DNA of 61,312 bases, filler included, from Rhizaria sp. SCN 62-66 (GCA_001724265.1; 3 parts of 3 records of this genome joined end to end with filler, not necessarily neighbours in it); one strand, 5' to 3'. Positions 34,784 through 46,469 are shown, counted from the whole stretch's first letter. Notes: generated by a model not told the origin, from the letters alone. Made by a program: numbers and translations.

Positions 34784-37700
34784 ATGAGCAGGGCCGCGCC
34801 CCTGGCACAAGTGCAGGGACCGGTTGCTCCCCCACCAATCTATCAATCTCGGAACGCCGTGTCCTCATCTTCGTCCTCGCGTCCTGTCCCTGTCACAAGC
34901 AACACTGGCTCTGTCAACTACACCAGCAGCGGCGTCGTTGTTTCTCGTGCTCCCGCTGCTGCCGCATCAACTTCGCGTCTTGACCCCGCCCTCATAGCAA
35001 CTCTGCCCCCACTTTTAGCGCGCTCCCAGCCTTCCGCTGTGTCACAGCGCGTTGATGCGAATCTTGCCCGCGCTCGCCGCGACACACTCGCTGCCACTGT
35101 GCATTCAGCCATCGCAGACATCACCACGCAGGATAGAGACGACTTCAACAACCCCAGTGCTGCAACCCAGTCAAACACCTTGGATTGTTCTGTTTTTTTG
35201 TCTGACAGTGCGCAGTCAGTGGCGTTATCTCCGTTATTGAGCGTTAACGCGAAAGCAGCCACTGCACAAACAGCGTCTGCGACGGCAACATTCCTTGACT
35301 CTGCCTCCTCTGCTTCAGCTCAGTCAGACTCATCATCCCGCGTCATTGCCTACATTCCCTCTTTTTCCGGCCCCTACCGCATCCTTATCCCCACGCCGCT
35401 GCCGCAGCCGGCGCTGTGCGCGCCGTCGCACCGCTCCGGTCTCGTCGCCTCAGCGCTCGCCGCCGCGCTCCCGACCCGCGCCCGCGAGCGCGCGGAGACC
35501 GAGGTCGCGGAGCGCAGCCAGCGCAGGCGCGCCAGGGAGGCGGCCGCGGTCGCGGCGGCGCGCGCGGCTGCGGAAGCTGCGATTGTCATTGGACACAATG
35601 GCGGGGACGCGATTGCAGCGGCAACGGCCGCGGCTGCCACTGCGGCCGCCGCGGCGACTGCGGCCGTGCCAGAGGGCGCGGGCAAGCGCCGGAGAGGCAG
35701 CTACAGACGTCGTAACAGTTACGGTCTTGATTCTTTGTTGTATGTGAATACCAACAGCTCCAATGCAGACGACGAGTTTGGCAACGCCGATTTCACTGGT
35801 GTTTACGACGTTGACGAAGAGGAAGAAGCTGAGGCCGAGGCCGAGGCTGCTGCCGAGGCCGAGGCCGCCGCCGGCGCAATCGCGACGATGCCGCGACGCG
35901 AGCTGCGCGCGCTGCTACGGGACCTGGCGCACAGCCACCGCGCGGGCGAGGGCGACCCGCAGCTGCCGTCGTCATCTCTGCAGCCGCTGCAGCAGCTGCA
36001 GGCAGGACTGCAGCGACAGGGTCTCGTGCAGGGCACGGTGACGCAGCAGCAGCTGCTGCAGATGCAACGGCAGCGGCTGCACTATCACATCCCGCACCCG
36101 ATGCCGCGGTCGTTCAGCGGCCCCACGCTCTGCACAGACGCTGATGACCCGGTCACGAGCAGCGGCGACAACGGCGCGCGCGCCGCCAGCGCGGCACCCA
36201 CGGCGCTCTGCCTTGAGCAAGCCTATGCGTGCGACGCTGCGAGCGTGCGCGGGACTCCGGGACTTAGCATGAATGCGAGTGTTGTTTGCCTCGCCTCAGG
36301 CAGCGCGCGCGCCAGTCCTGGTCCCACACTCAGTGCGACAAATGCCAATGCTAGCCTCCCCGCTCTCGCCGACGTCAAGGTGTGGGAAAGGGTCCGCCGG
36401 TGGGAGGCGGTTGCAGCCCCGCAGGACGCCTTCGACGATAGTTTGTGGCCCTGCGGCAGCGAGTCAGACTGCGAGTCAGACTGCGATCATGAGGGCGGGT
36501 CGGACGATGGCATGAGCAACAGCGAACCTGATGATGACAAGGTTGCAGACTCAGCCGATGATCAGACAAACGTCGACAACTGCGCACGTTTGCAGAAGCA
36601 CGCTGCTTGCCGTTTGACGTCAGGGTGCGGCGGTGCGACTTCCAAGCAGAGTGTTTTGCCACCGCCGCCGTCACTGCTGCTTTTGCCTCCGCCACCTACA
36701 ACGATTCCTGGCGTGCTCTTACCCCCGCCTCCTTCGCACCCGGAGGCCGCACCTTCTCAGAAGCCTGGCAGTAATAGTAACAGCAGTAGCAATAATGGCA
36801 CCGGTGGTTCGTCCGCTTCGACGAGAGCGAGTTCCTCTCGCGTGTCAAGTGCAATGCACAGTAGCGGCAACAGTAGCAACATCCATGGTCAGTACAGCAG
36901 CTCTCGCGGCAGTGGCCGCCACGGCGGTGGACGCGGCTCAGGCTCCGGCTTGGGCACAAGTCAGAACAAAAACAAGAGCAAAGGAAGCGGTTGCAGCGGC
37001 TCAAGCACTGCTGCAACCAATGGGGTCTTTACACCGATTCGTGTTCCCGTTGAGGTCGCCGTTGCGATTGCAGCTGCAGCTGACGTTGCCGCAGCTGCGG
37101 CGCTCGCGGAAGCGTCACTGCGGAGTCCATCGCCTGTGCCGGAAAACAACGGGAGAGCGCAACCGTCGGTGCCGCGGGCATCCTCAGTGAAGCAGACGAA
37201 CCTGCACTTGCACGCGCAGCCGCAGCCGCAGCTGCAGCTGCAGTCGCGGCCACTGTCGCGCTCACAGTCGCACGTGCAGCCACTGTCACAAGCGCAGCTG
37301 CATTTGCATTTGCACACCAATTCCCGTCCTGGCACGTCCAACGCACCAGTTGCAAGCTTATCCAATAACAATCCTCACAATAACACGGTGCCTGCGTCTG
37401 ACGCCAAATCATCGACGTCAACTGAAGCTGACGTGTCGACAGCCGACACATCTTCGGCTGCTGCTGCCAACAGTGCGGTGACCTCCGGTGTCGAAGGAGT
37501 AGACTTTGCGCGCGCCCGCGCCCATTCGCGCGGAACCACTCTGCCATGGATCCTCTGCCCGTGCCCCGTCGCGTGTCGCGGCAGCGTGCACAGCGTCGCG
37601 TTGTTGACGCTCGAGGCGGCGCACGCTGTGGCGGAACTGTACGTCACGCCGCCACCTGTGCACGCGCGCGCCGCGAGAAGTGCGACGGCGGACAGCAAGA

Positions 37701-38518
37701 CTGGTGTCACCCAAAACCAACCGAGCGCTCCTGCTGCTGTTGCGTCGACTGGTGCAGCTGCGACCGATGCAACTGCAACGGATTCTGCGACAGCAACATC
37801 ATCGTCAGTGGCAGACGGTGTCGGACTAATTGCAAGTGTGCCCATTTCTTCTGACGCAGACGGGCTTGTCACGGTGGGCTGGCTCTACCACACCGAAGCC
37901 ACTGGACACCCGTCGTCGCACACTCCCAGTAGCAGCAGCTATACTGCCTCTGGAGCGGCGGCAGCAGCATCAACGGGCACGTCGACCGACGTGGCAACCG
38001 GTGCAGCGGCTGCTAGCGGCCACAACCTCTCCGGCCGCTACAGCAACGGCGCCAACTCTCGCCGTGCGCTCCAACGCAGCAACGCCAACAGCACAGTCGC
38101 GAGCGCAAGCAGATGCGACGGCTTCGGCGGCCCCAACGACGAGTACATCGGCAGCAAGTCTCGCCAGGCGTCCCCGTCGCGCTTTGCGCAGTTTCTGGAG
38201 CGCATCGCGTCGCAAAAGGCGGCCTCGCAGCGCGCAGCGCTGGCCGAGAAGGTGCTCATGTTTCACCGCACGATGCCGCCCTCAGCGCTCGCCAAGCGTG
38301 CGGCTGAGATGGCCAAGGCGCAGCGCAAGGGCGTCGCGGCGCTCGCGGCGCAGGCAGAGGGACAGCGCGCTGCGATGAAGCGTGGTGCGCGGCTCGGAGC
38401 GCAGGCGGCCGCGGCGCAGGCTGCGGCTGCAGCTGCGGCTGCGAATGACGTGGTTGGAGAACAACAGCAGCAGGTGGATGCGAGTAGACTTGTAATGCAG
38501 TCGCTTGGCTTTGAGTAA
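34784..38518 (+). CDS. hypothetical low-complexity protein, 1244 aa (Ala/Ser/Pro/Gln-rich)
   Basis: 3.7-kb ATG-initiated ORF bounded by AT-rich DNA; no domain recognised. Ends TAA. Confidence 0.75.
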   Translation: MSRAAPLAQVQGPVAPPPIYQSRNAVSSSSSSRPVPVTSNTGSVNYTSSGVVVSRAPAAAASTSRLDPALIATLPPLLARSQPSAVSQRVDANLARARRDTLAATVHSAIADITTQDRDDFNNPSAATQSNTLDCSVFLSDSAQSVALSPLLSVNAKAATAQTASATATFLDSASSASAQSDSSSRVIAYIPSFSGPYRILIPTPLPQPALCAPSHRSGLVASALAAALPTRARERAETEVAERSQRRRAREAAAVAAARAAAEAAIVIGHNGGDAIAAATAAAATAAAAATAAVPEGAGKRRRGSYRRRNSYGLDSLLYVNTNSSNADDEFGNADFTGVYDVDEEEEAEAEAEAAAEAEAAAGAIATMPRRELRALLRDLAHSHRAGEGDPQLPSSSLQPLQQLQAGLQRQGLVQGTVTQQQLLQMQRQRLHYHIPHPMPRSFSGPTLCTDADDPVTSSGDNGARAASAAPTALCLEQAYACDAASVRGTPGLSMNASVVCLASGSARASPGPTLSATNANASLPALADVKVWERVRRWEAVAAPQDAFDDSLWPCGSESDCESDCDHEGGSDDGMSNSEPDDDKVADSADDQTNVDNCARLQKHAACRLTSGCGGATSKQSVLPPPPSLLLLPPPPTTIPGVLLPPPPSHPEAAPSQKPGSNSNSSSNNGTGGSSASTRASSSRVSSAMHSSGNSSNIHGQYSSSRGSGRHGGGRGSGSGLGTSQNKNKSKGSGCSGSSTAATNGVFTPIRVPVEVAVAIAAAADVAAAAALAEASLRSPSPVPENNGRAQPSVPRASSVKQTNLHLHAQPQPQLQLQSRPLSRSQSHVQPLSQAQLHLHLHTNSRPGTSNAPVASLSNNNPHNNTVPASDAKSSTSTEADVSTADTSSAAAANSAVTSGVEGVDFARARAHSRGTTLPWILCPCPVACRGSVHSVALLTLEAAHAVAELYVTPPPVHARAARSATADSKTGVTQNQPSAPAAVASTGAAATDATATDSATATSSSVADGVGLIASVPISSDADGLVTVGWLYHTEATGHPSSHTPSSSSYTASGAAAAASTGTSTDVATGAAAASGHNLSGRYSNGANSRRALQRSNANSTVASASRCDGFGGPNDEYIGSKSRQASPSRFAQFLERIASQKAASQRAALAEKVLMFHRTMPPSALAKRAAEMAKAQRKGVAALAAQAEGQRAAMKRGARLGAQAAAAQAAAAAAAANDVVGEQQQQVDASRLVMQSLGFE

Positions 38519-38801
38519 AGTTATTTCTATTTAGTTCAACTATTATTTGACATAAACCAACTACAACATGATACATAGCCCTTTTTTCCCAGTGCAGGCT
38601 CATTGGTGAGGATACACAAAACTAAGGTAAATATGACTGTATTATTGTGAGTATGGAACTAGAGTAATATTGAATAGCCTCCTGGCCACTTGTTCTCAAG
38701 ACAGCAGCACAGGATAAATGGGCCAGCAGATTGTTTGAAGTAAGATCACGCACATCCAGAGAAACCGGTCAAGCACGATCAATCGAAGGTCGCAAGGTGA
38801 C

Positions 38802-39692
38802 TCACTCGTCGTTGTTGTCATCGAGCATCTTCTTGACAGCCTTATCCTCCTTGATCTTCTTGTTGACCTGCTCCATGGCCTTCTGCGTCGCCAGCTTGCG
38901 CTGCATCTTAAAGCTCTCGCGCTTCTGGATCTTCTTCTTCTCCCACGCGTCCTTCTCCTTGGCGCGCGAGATCTGCTTGCTTTCCCAACTCTCCTGCTTC
39001 GTCGCCATCTGGCCCAGGATGCTCAGCAGCGTGCTGTTCTCGGACTTGAGGAACTCGCTCTTGTCCGCTTTGGCCGCCGTCTTGCTCTTGCCCTTCTTGC
39101 TCCCCTTACCGTCGCCGCCCTTGGTCTTAGCAACGGCGGCCTTCTCGTTCTTCTTGGCCTCGAGCAGCGTCTGCTTCAGCGACTTACCGCCCGCGGCCAC
39201 CAGCGCCACGGCCGCCTCCGCCGCCTGGGCAGCGGCCTCGGCCTCACGCAGCCGCAGCCCGTTGCCCTTGCCCTTGCCCATGGCGGCAATCGCCGACACC
39301 GCGGCGCGCGCCTTGCGGGCCTCGGCCCGGGCGATAGAGAGGTAGTCGTACAACCCGTTGGCGCCGACGGGGCCGAACTTGCCCTCCTGCTGCTGCTGCA
39401 CCTTGCCACCCGCGTCGGCGCCGCCTGCACGTGCCTTGGTTAGCTTCTCGTTGACGGCCTTGCACTTGGCGACGGCGGCCGCGGCGGCGGCGGCCGCGGC
39501 GGCAGCGTGCTCGTCGACGGCGACCTTTGTGTGCGAAGTGACGCCGATGATCACCTTCTTCTTGTTCCCGCCCTTCTTGCCATCGCTGACAGCGGCAGCA
39601 GCAGCCGCGGCGGCGGCAGCCTCGTCGTCGGCGACCTTGCTATCCTCCTCGTCGTCGTCCTCAGCCTCTGCGTCGTCGTCCTGGTCAGCGTC

Positions 39693-39723
<31 letters not shown>

Positions 39724-39822
39724 CCGGTAATCTCGAAGGACATACCATCCTCGTCGTCGTACTGTTCAACCTCCTGCTTCTTTGCAGCGACCTTCTTAGA
39801 AGCAGCAGCAGGCGCAGCAATA

Positions 39823-39858
<36 letters not shown>

Positions 39859-40730
39859 GCGGCGGCCTTGGCGGGCTTAGACTTCGCCTCTAGAGCAGCA
39901 GCAGCGGCAGGAGCAGACTTAGAATCCTTATTGTCGTTCTTGTTAGTCTTGCCCTTGACTTCAGCAGCAGTAGCAGGAGCAGCAGCAGCAACAACAGCAG
40001 CGGGAGCGGCGGGGAGCGCGGACAGCTTGGCGGGCTTGGCCTTCTTGGAGACGGGGCGGAACTCCTCGTTCTTGTCCTCGTCGTTGTCATCACCGCCCTT
40101 GCCAGTCTTGACGACGCTCAGCTCGTCCTTGCCACCCTTGCCGGCAGCAGCGCCCTCAGTGACATCAACAGTGGGCTCGGGTGCGCGGCGTTTGAGCTCG
40201 AGCTCGGCGGGGATGGCCTTGCCCTGCTTGGTGAGCTCGAAGATGAGCTTGCGCTTCTGACGGTTACTCATCGTCGCCTTGCCAGCCGCGGACCGCGCGG
40301 CGCGGGCGGCGCGCTCGGCCTCGTGCGCGTCGCGATGCATCTGCGCGTCGCCCATCGACGCGTCGTCGTCGTCGCCGCGCAGCAGGTAGTGCTTCGACAG
40401 GTCCGTCGTCGCGGGCGCGGAGGGCGCCACGATCTCGAGCTCCTTGCTCTGCGCCTTGCGGAGCTTGTTGCGGCGGCGCTTGTCCTCCTTGCGGCGCCGC
40501 GCGGCATCGGCCTCCTCGGCGTCGGCGGCGGCAACGGCGCGCTCGTCAGTCTTCTCCGGCTCAGCATCGACGTCGACGCCGTTGACGGTGTACAGCTCGG
40601 AGTCAGGGATCTTGCTTTCGTCGGCGTTGTCGGCGTACGAACCAGCACCGCTAGAGGAAGACGGGCGGGCCTTGCCACGCATGGTGAAGTTTTTACCGCC
40701 CGAGCTAAAGCTGGTGACCGACTTGGACAT
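38802..40730 (-). CDS. Lys/Ala/Asp-rich, probably nucleolar protein with a Loc1-like (60S assembly factor) C-terminus
   Basis: 642-aa ORF. C-terminal FLKSENSTLLSILGQMATKQESWESKQISRAKEKDAWEKKKIQKRE resembles the conserved helical region of fungal Loc1 as I recall it. The CDS is secure; the function is tentative. Ends TGA. Confidence 0.55.
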
Positions 40731-41143
40731 CCGGGCTACGCGAATGGAAAGGAGGAGAGCGTGGGTGCGCGAGCGGAGGCGAAGACCAGGAGGTGCGGTT
40801 AGATAAGTGAAAAAGTGGCCAGCTAGACAGGATATCTTCGTCAGAATAGAAAATGGAAAATAACCCGAAATATTGCAGTTGTAATATCTTTCAATTTCTT
40901 TGACAACAATTTGTATGAGACACTATATAAACACCATCAGTCATTTTCCGTTCCTGCTCGGGAACACCTTTGACAGCCGTCCTGGCAGAGCCACAACTAC
41001 CCGCCCATACGACGAGCGACGACGAGGTGAAAAACAACTTGAAAAGACAAAAGACATGCGGATTTTGCACTGAAACTTCGTAGGCACACATATCACTGAG
41101 TTAACCATCACAAATTAAGGGCAACAACATGGCACAGAACAAT

Positions 41144-42488
41144 TTAGTAGTGCGGCACGCTGTCGCTGTCGCCGAGCAGAGGCGTGTGCATTGAGCTGGG
41201 CTTCTTGTTGTCCTTACTCTCCTTCTTGGCGTTCGCGCTACTGGTGCCACTGTTCGACACATCGGCGCTGTGGCTATCCTTGTTCTTGCTCTTGCCGCTC
41301 TTGCCCTTGTTTGCGGCCGCCGCAGCCGCTGCCGCGGCGTCCTGGCGGGCGACATTGGCCTCAGCCTCGGCCTTAAGCGCGGCCTCGGCCTCCTTGATCG
41401 CCTTACGCTTCATACGCTTCTCCTCAGCCGTCTCGCCGTCGTTGCCGCGCATCTTGGCAACCTCGGCCAGCAGCGCCTTCTCCTCCTTCTCCTTGGCCTG
41501 CACGGAGCGCTCCGCCGCCTCCTTCTCGTCGAGCGCGTAGCGCATGCGGTAGATGCGCGTGTGCAGCGCCTTGTCAATCAGGTTCACGACCTCGTACTTG
41601 TGCACCCAGCCGTCTGACACCACGTCCACGCAGTCCTGGTTCCACGGCACGTTGATCTTCTCCAGCTCCCTGCGCATGTGGTCGATCTGGTCCGCAGTGC
41701 CAATGATGCCGTTGGTCGTGGTCGCGATGAACTTAAACGCCATCTTGAACTCTTCCTTGACGAGCTCGAGCGCGCGGTCCGCGTTGGCCTGGCGCTGCTC
41801 GTCCGCGAAGGCGTCCTAGCCATCGCCGAGCTTGACCTGTTCCTGGTTGAGCTCGAACAGGCGGTCCTGCATGTCCTCGAGCGGGGCGATGATCTCGTCG
41901 AGTTTGTTGGCTTCGTGGGAAATCAAACCGACCTCCTTGCCCAGCGTGCTGAGACGCTCGCCGTAGACGTCAGTGGCCTCGGAAAGGGACTTGTTGATAA
42001 GGCAGTACTGCTCGCGCTCGAGGATACCCTTGCCTGCCACGCCTTCAAGCTTGGTCGCGGCGTCGGCGAGAGCCATGATCTTACTATAGCCCCAGACAAA
42101 CAGAGTAGAGCCGACGCCGACGAAGCACAGCGCAGCGCCGACGGCCGGGGTCGGGATACCAAGGCCCTTAAGGGCAAGGTAACCGACGGCCGCGCAACCC
42201 AGGAGAGAAGTGATGCAAATCATCTACATGACAAAGCAGCAGAGTGGCGTGAAAAGAGAGGGGATGCGAGCAAGTGTGAGCAGGGTGGCTGAAGGAAAGG
42301 CAGGGCGGGAGGGGGCAAGACAGACTGGGGAATGGATAATAGAGACGTACCTCGGTAACGTGGCAATCGTGGCCAAAGTACTCGCCGACATACCACTTCA
42401 TACACTTGTTCTAGGCGACGGCGTAGCAGCCCTCCTCTTCCTCTTGGTGGTCGAGCCCTTCCTCGAGGTCGCGGAAGCGCGACTCCAT
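41144..42488 (-). CDS. membrane-anchored coiled-coil protein with a degenerate EF-hand pair; 2 exons; contains two in-frame TAG codons
   Basis: Exons 42488-42351 and 42223-41144; intron GTACGT..TGTAG, phase 0. In-frame TAG at 42413-42411 and 41818-41816. Hydrophobic hairpin, then heptad repeats, then KEEFKMAFKFIATTTNGII...VDVVSDGWVHKYEVVNLI (calmodulin-like). Ends TAA. Confidence 0.75.
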
Positions 42489-42774
42489 GTTTTGACGGAA
42501 GTCAGACATCGTCGTCAAATTTCGCGCAATACACCTTTAACTAGAGCTCTCGTTCTAAAGGGTTCTGGCGTTAAAAAAGCCTGTTGACGAATGACAACGC
42601 CGTAGCACAATGCGCAAATCCCGACGACGACACCTTTGCTCACCACTGGAGGGCTCGCTCTGCTTTGGGCCCACGGTCCTTTGGCCGACCGACGGACTGA
42701 ACGGACCGTTCATGGTGAGGGTGTGGTGCGAGACGCAAAGTGCACATAGTTCTTGGTGTGGGTAACCGTTAAAG

Positions 42775-44655
42775 ATGCCGCAGTTAGAACACATCGTGTC
42801 TATTTCCCCCAAAGAGGGCATCGACGTTTTTAATCTCGATAACGGAGCTCACCTCCGGTCAATCAACATTCCAGCCATTGGCGCGCCCGGCGCCCCAGTC
42901 ATGTTGGACGAGGAGCACATCATCCTCCCCCAATCTGACCGCGCCATCATGCTCATCATCAACACAAAGACCGGTCAGGTCAAGATGCGCTCCCCTCTGA
43001 GCGAGCTGGTGCGTCCGCTTGCCGTCTCGGCCGCCAAGGACTACCTGGCGGCCGGCGCCGCGTCGGGCAAGGTGTACCTCTGGCACGTCCCCACAGGCGA
43101 GCTGGTCCGCGTCTGGGACGCCCACTATAAGGGCGTCTCGGCGCTCTGCTTCTCCGACGACGACTCGTTTCTCTTCTCCGGCGGCGACGACGGCATCCTG
43201 AACGTGTGGACACTGGGCACGCTGGTCGACGCCATGGCCGAGGACGCTACGGCGCGCCCCGCGCCCACGCTCGAGTTCTCGCACCACTCGCTCCCCATCA
43301 CCGCCATCGTCTGCGGCGCGGCCGTCTCGGGCGGCGGCAAGCTTTACACTACCTCGCTCGACCGCTCCGTCAAGTCCTACTCGCTGCCGGCGCGCGCGCT
43401 GCTGTCGTCCTACTCCTTCCCCGCCGCCGTCACCGCGCTTGCGCTCGACCCCGCGGAGCGCTTCTTCGTCGCCGCCGCCGCGGACGGCAACCTGTACAAG
43501 TACCTTCTGCTCGCGCCCACACAGACCGACGAAGGTAGCGCTGCCGTCGCCGGCGGCAACCTGTGGAGCGCGCTCGCCGCCGCCACGGCCACCAACGCCG
43601 CGGGCGCGCCCGTCGCCTCGCAGGGTGCGGGCGCCGCGGCCTCGCTCGCAGGCGCTGCCGCCGCGGCCTCGGCCTCCGCCGCGCGCGCCGCCGCGCAGGC
43701 GTCCGGGCTGTCGTTCGCGGGCCACACGCGCGAGGTCACGGCCGTGTCGCTGTCCTATAACGGCGCAGTCATGGTCTCCGCCTCTGCCGACGGGTACGTT
43801 CGCCGAATGCCTTGCTATTGTTTCATATGTAATGTTCAAGTTGATATCGTGCACACTTAGATGCAAAACCAATATATCGTGTGTATCCTATCAAGTCCTG
43901 ACTAATTCAAACCTGCTTGTTTTCTTGCCTCCTCTTTTGGTCGTGATATATCCGCCCTACTTAGCACTGTGCGTGTTTGGGACGTGCCGACCCGCCAGTG
44001 CCTGCGCACCCTCGCGACGCACCGCGCCTCGGTCGCGGCCGTCTCCCTGCTTCCCTCCCCGGTTGCGGCGCTGGGCATGCGCTCCACGGCGACAGCCAAG
44101 CGCGCTTTCGCGATGCTGACGAAGCACCTGATGCCCGCGATGCCGCTGGGCGCGCCCGATGCCGCGGCTCTGCTGCGGCCCGGGCACGCGCGCGGCACCA
44201 TCGCGATCATGACGGCGCAGCGGCCGCTGCTGGGCGCGCACGGCGACGCCGCTGCCGCGCTCACGGTCACCCCCGCGCTGCTGCCCTGTGGCGGCGCCGC
44301 GGGCGGCGCAGGCGCAGCCGGTGGAGCCCTCGGCGAGGCGACGTCAGGCGCGCTCGCGCTCTCCTGCTTCCCTGCTACTAGCGCAGCGCCTGCCACCACT
44401 GTGGCCGCTGCGGGTGCCGCGGCGCAGCAGTGTGGGCGGGCTAAGCGCCCCGCCCCCGCAGCTACTGCCGGGGCCTCTGCGTCCAAGAAGGACGACGAGG
44501 ACGAGGATAAGGACGCCGGCAAGGACGGCGAGGCTGCTGGCGATGTCAACGCCAGTGCGCGCGAGGCCGAGCTCGAGGCTGAGGTGCTCAAATGGAAGAA
44601 GAAGGCCGCTGACCTGTACAAGAAGCTTACAAAGGCCACCAAGACGCAGGATTGA
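42775..44655 (+). CDS. WDR18: WD40-repeat pre-rRNA processing protein Ipi3/WDR18, 2 exons
   Basis: Exons 42775-43793 and 43965-44655; intron GTACGT..CTTAG, phase 2, restoring SASADG-TVRVWD. Motifs GKVYLWHVPTGELVRVWDAHYKGVSALCFSDDDSFLFSGGDDG and HSLPITAIVCG...TTSLDRSVK; C-terminal coiled coil. Ends TGA. Confidence 0.85.
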
Positions 44656-44994
44656 GCTGCACTATGTCTCTAGCTGTGTGACAGTCGCACACGCTTGTAC
44701 TTGAGTTTGTGCGACGATGTTGCTGGTTTGATTGTAGTAGCTGTAATGCGTATTATTATATAGTAGTCGTCTATCGTATTGTGTGTTGATTGTGTTATTT
44801 CATATCAACCGCGGCGTGGCCATCGCTCGCCTCCACCAGTAATGTCAATCAAAAATGTTCAACGTTGGTCATATCTTGATGATGGTCATGACACATGATG
44901 CGCTTCATAAAGAATACACTGGAGTAATAAACTTGTATGCTTCGATCTCCATTTAGAACTGTAATATCCTCGTCCCGTCGGCCTCGAAATGATC

Positions 44995-45672
44995 TTAGTC
45001 GGCCTCGTTGTCATCCTCATCGTACTCGGAGCCGTCGCCCTCAACCCCCGTGTCGGAGGAGTCTTCATAGTCGGCGCCGCTGTCGTCAGAGCTGTCGTCA
45101 TCGTTGCTCTCGCTTGAGTCGTCGCTGCCCTGCGCCTGTTGCGGCAGGCTTTCAACCGTGTAGCAGCTAATGATGCTTACGACGAGCTGGCACAGCTGCT
45201 GGAGTTCACACATTGCGTCAACGAGCGCATTCTCACTCTGGATCAGTTCCAGCAATGCACGTAACCCGCAGCTCGCCATAAACGCTGCCAGAAAAGCGTT
45301 GCGCGGCATAGTCCCCTTAGCCAGCACCTCAGAGTTCGCTCCTGTGTCGCCCGCCTCGATCATTATGCGCACGACATCGAGAATCCTATTCATTGACTCT
45401 TTGGGGGGCGGTGCAGACAAGGTAGCGGCAGCGGAGAGATACCTTGCGCAGTAGCTTCCCTCGTCCACGCCTCACGCGCCATTCACTGCAACAGTCGCAG
45501 TCAGTGCAGCAGCAGTGCACCGACCGACGTTGCGGCGGCCTGGGCTGTGGCCGCCTTTGCCTGTGGCGGCGGTGGCGGCAATGGCGGCGGCGGCGCGGCG
45601 GGCGGCTCTGGCCCCGTGGCCGAGGAGGCTCTGGAGCGAGCTGTGTGGCGCGACGGAGAGCACCAGCGCATT
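44995..45672 (-). CDS. 3' fragment of a hypothetical gene with an acidic tail; in-frame TGA at 45474-45472 (possibly degenerate)
   Basis: Track ORFs 45472..45663 and 44995..45468 are in the same frame, separated only by TGA-GGC. The frame is open to the contig edge. Ends TAA. Confidence 0.4.
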
Positions 45673-45772
45673 NNNNNNNNNNNNNNNNNNNNNNNNNNNN
45701 NNNNNNNNNNNNNNNNTTAATTAATTAANNNNNNNNNNNNNNNNNNNNNNNNNNNNNNNNNNNNNNNNNNNN
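45673..45772. other. artificial contig linker
   Basis: 44 N + TTAATTAATTAA + 44 N, identical to 29657-29756. Confidence 0.97.
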
Positions 45773-46469
45773 CCCCCCCTACCACTAATCAGAGTCTAGC
45801 CGCCTCCATTTTGCGCAATCAAAAATCGTTTGTGGTGGAAAATACCGCCACTTCAAATGCACATCAAATCAGCAAATACTCCTCATTCGTAAAATTGGCG
45901 CGGGAAATAAAAAAGTTTCTAGAATTTCAACCGCATTAATCAATCATAGAGCGTGATGCGGAATGTAAACTCGATCATATGGATACATTTGGCGTGATGA
46001 AGAAGTGCGTTTATTCGAATATTTGAATGTGCAAAAGCAAGGGATGGGGTGACACTTCTTAGAGTACAGAGACACAGCACTGTACAAGCTGGTCTGAGTA
46101 CACAAACAAACGGTAAATTCAACAAGAGAAACACAATAAAAGCTTTAATGGCAATGGCAGTCCATATACGCTTGTGTGATGCGCACGTGCGAAAACACGC
46201 AATCGAGGCAGTGGACAAGAAAAATATATCAACAGTACGTGCATTCAACAAATAAAAAAAGAAAACCAAAAATCCAACTCCCATCCTTTACAACAAAAAG
46301 AACTCTCTCACTGACAACGAGTATTTCGTTTGTGTAATTGAAAAAAATCATAGACCGCACCGCGCAAACAACAAGAGCCTCTCTTAGGCGAGTCACACCC
46401 GCCGAGCCGCTCCCGCGCTTAGCTGTCATTGCCCAGCTGTCGTCGTTGCGCACCCAGTCACTCACCCGT

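Noticed and set aside
41144-42488. Ciliate-type code (UAA and UAG both Gln), or a plain pseudogene, as the explanation for the internal stops
   Set aside because: TAA ends several conserved genes at their expected C-termini and was not seen in frame. A pseudogene is disfavoured, though not excluded, because both lesions are TAG with no frameshifts and the pattern recurs in an intact ABCC gene.
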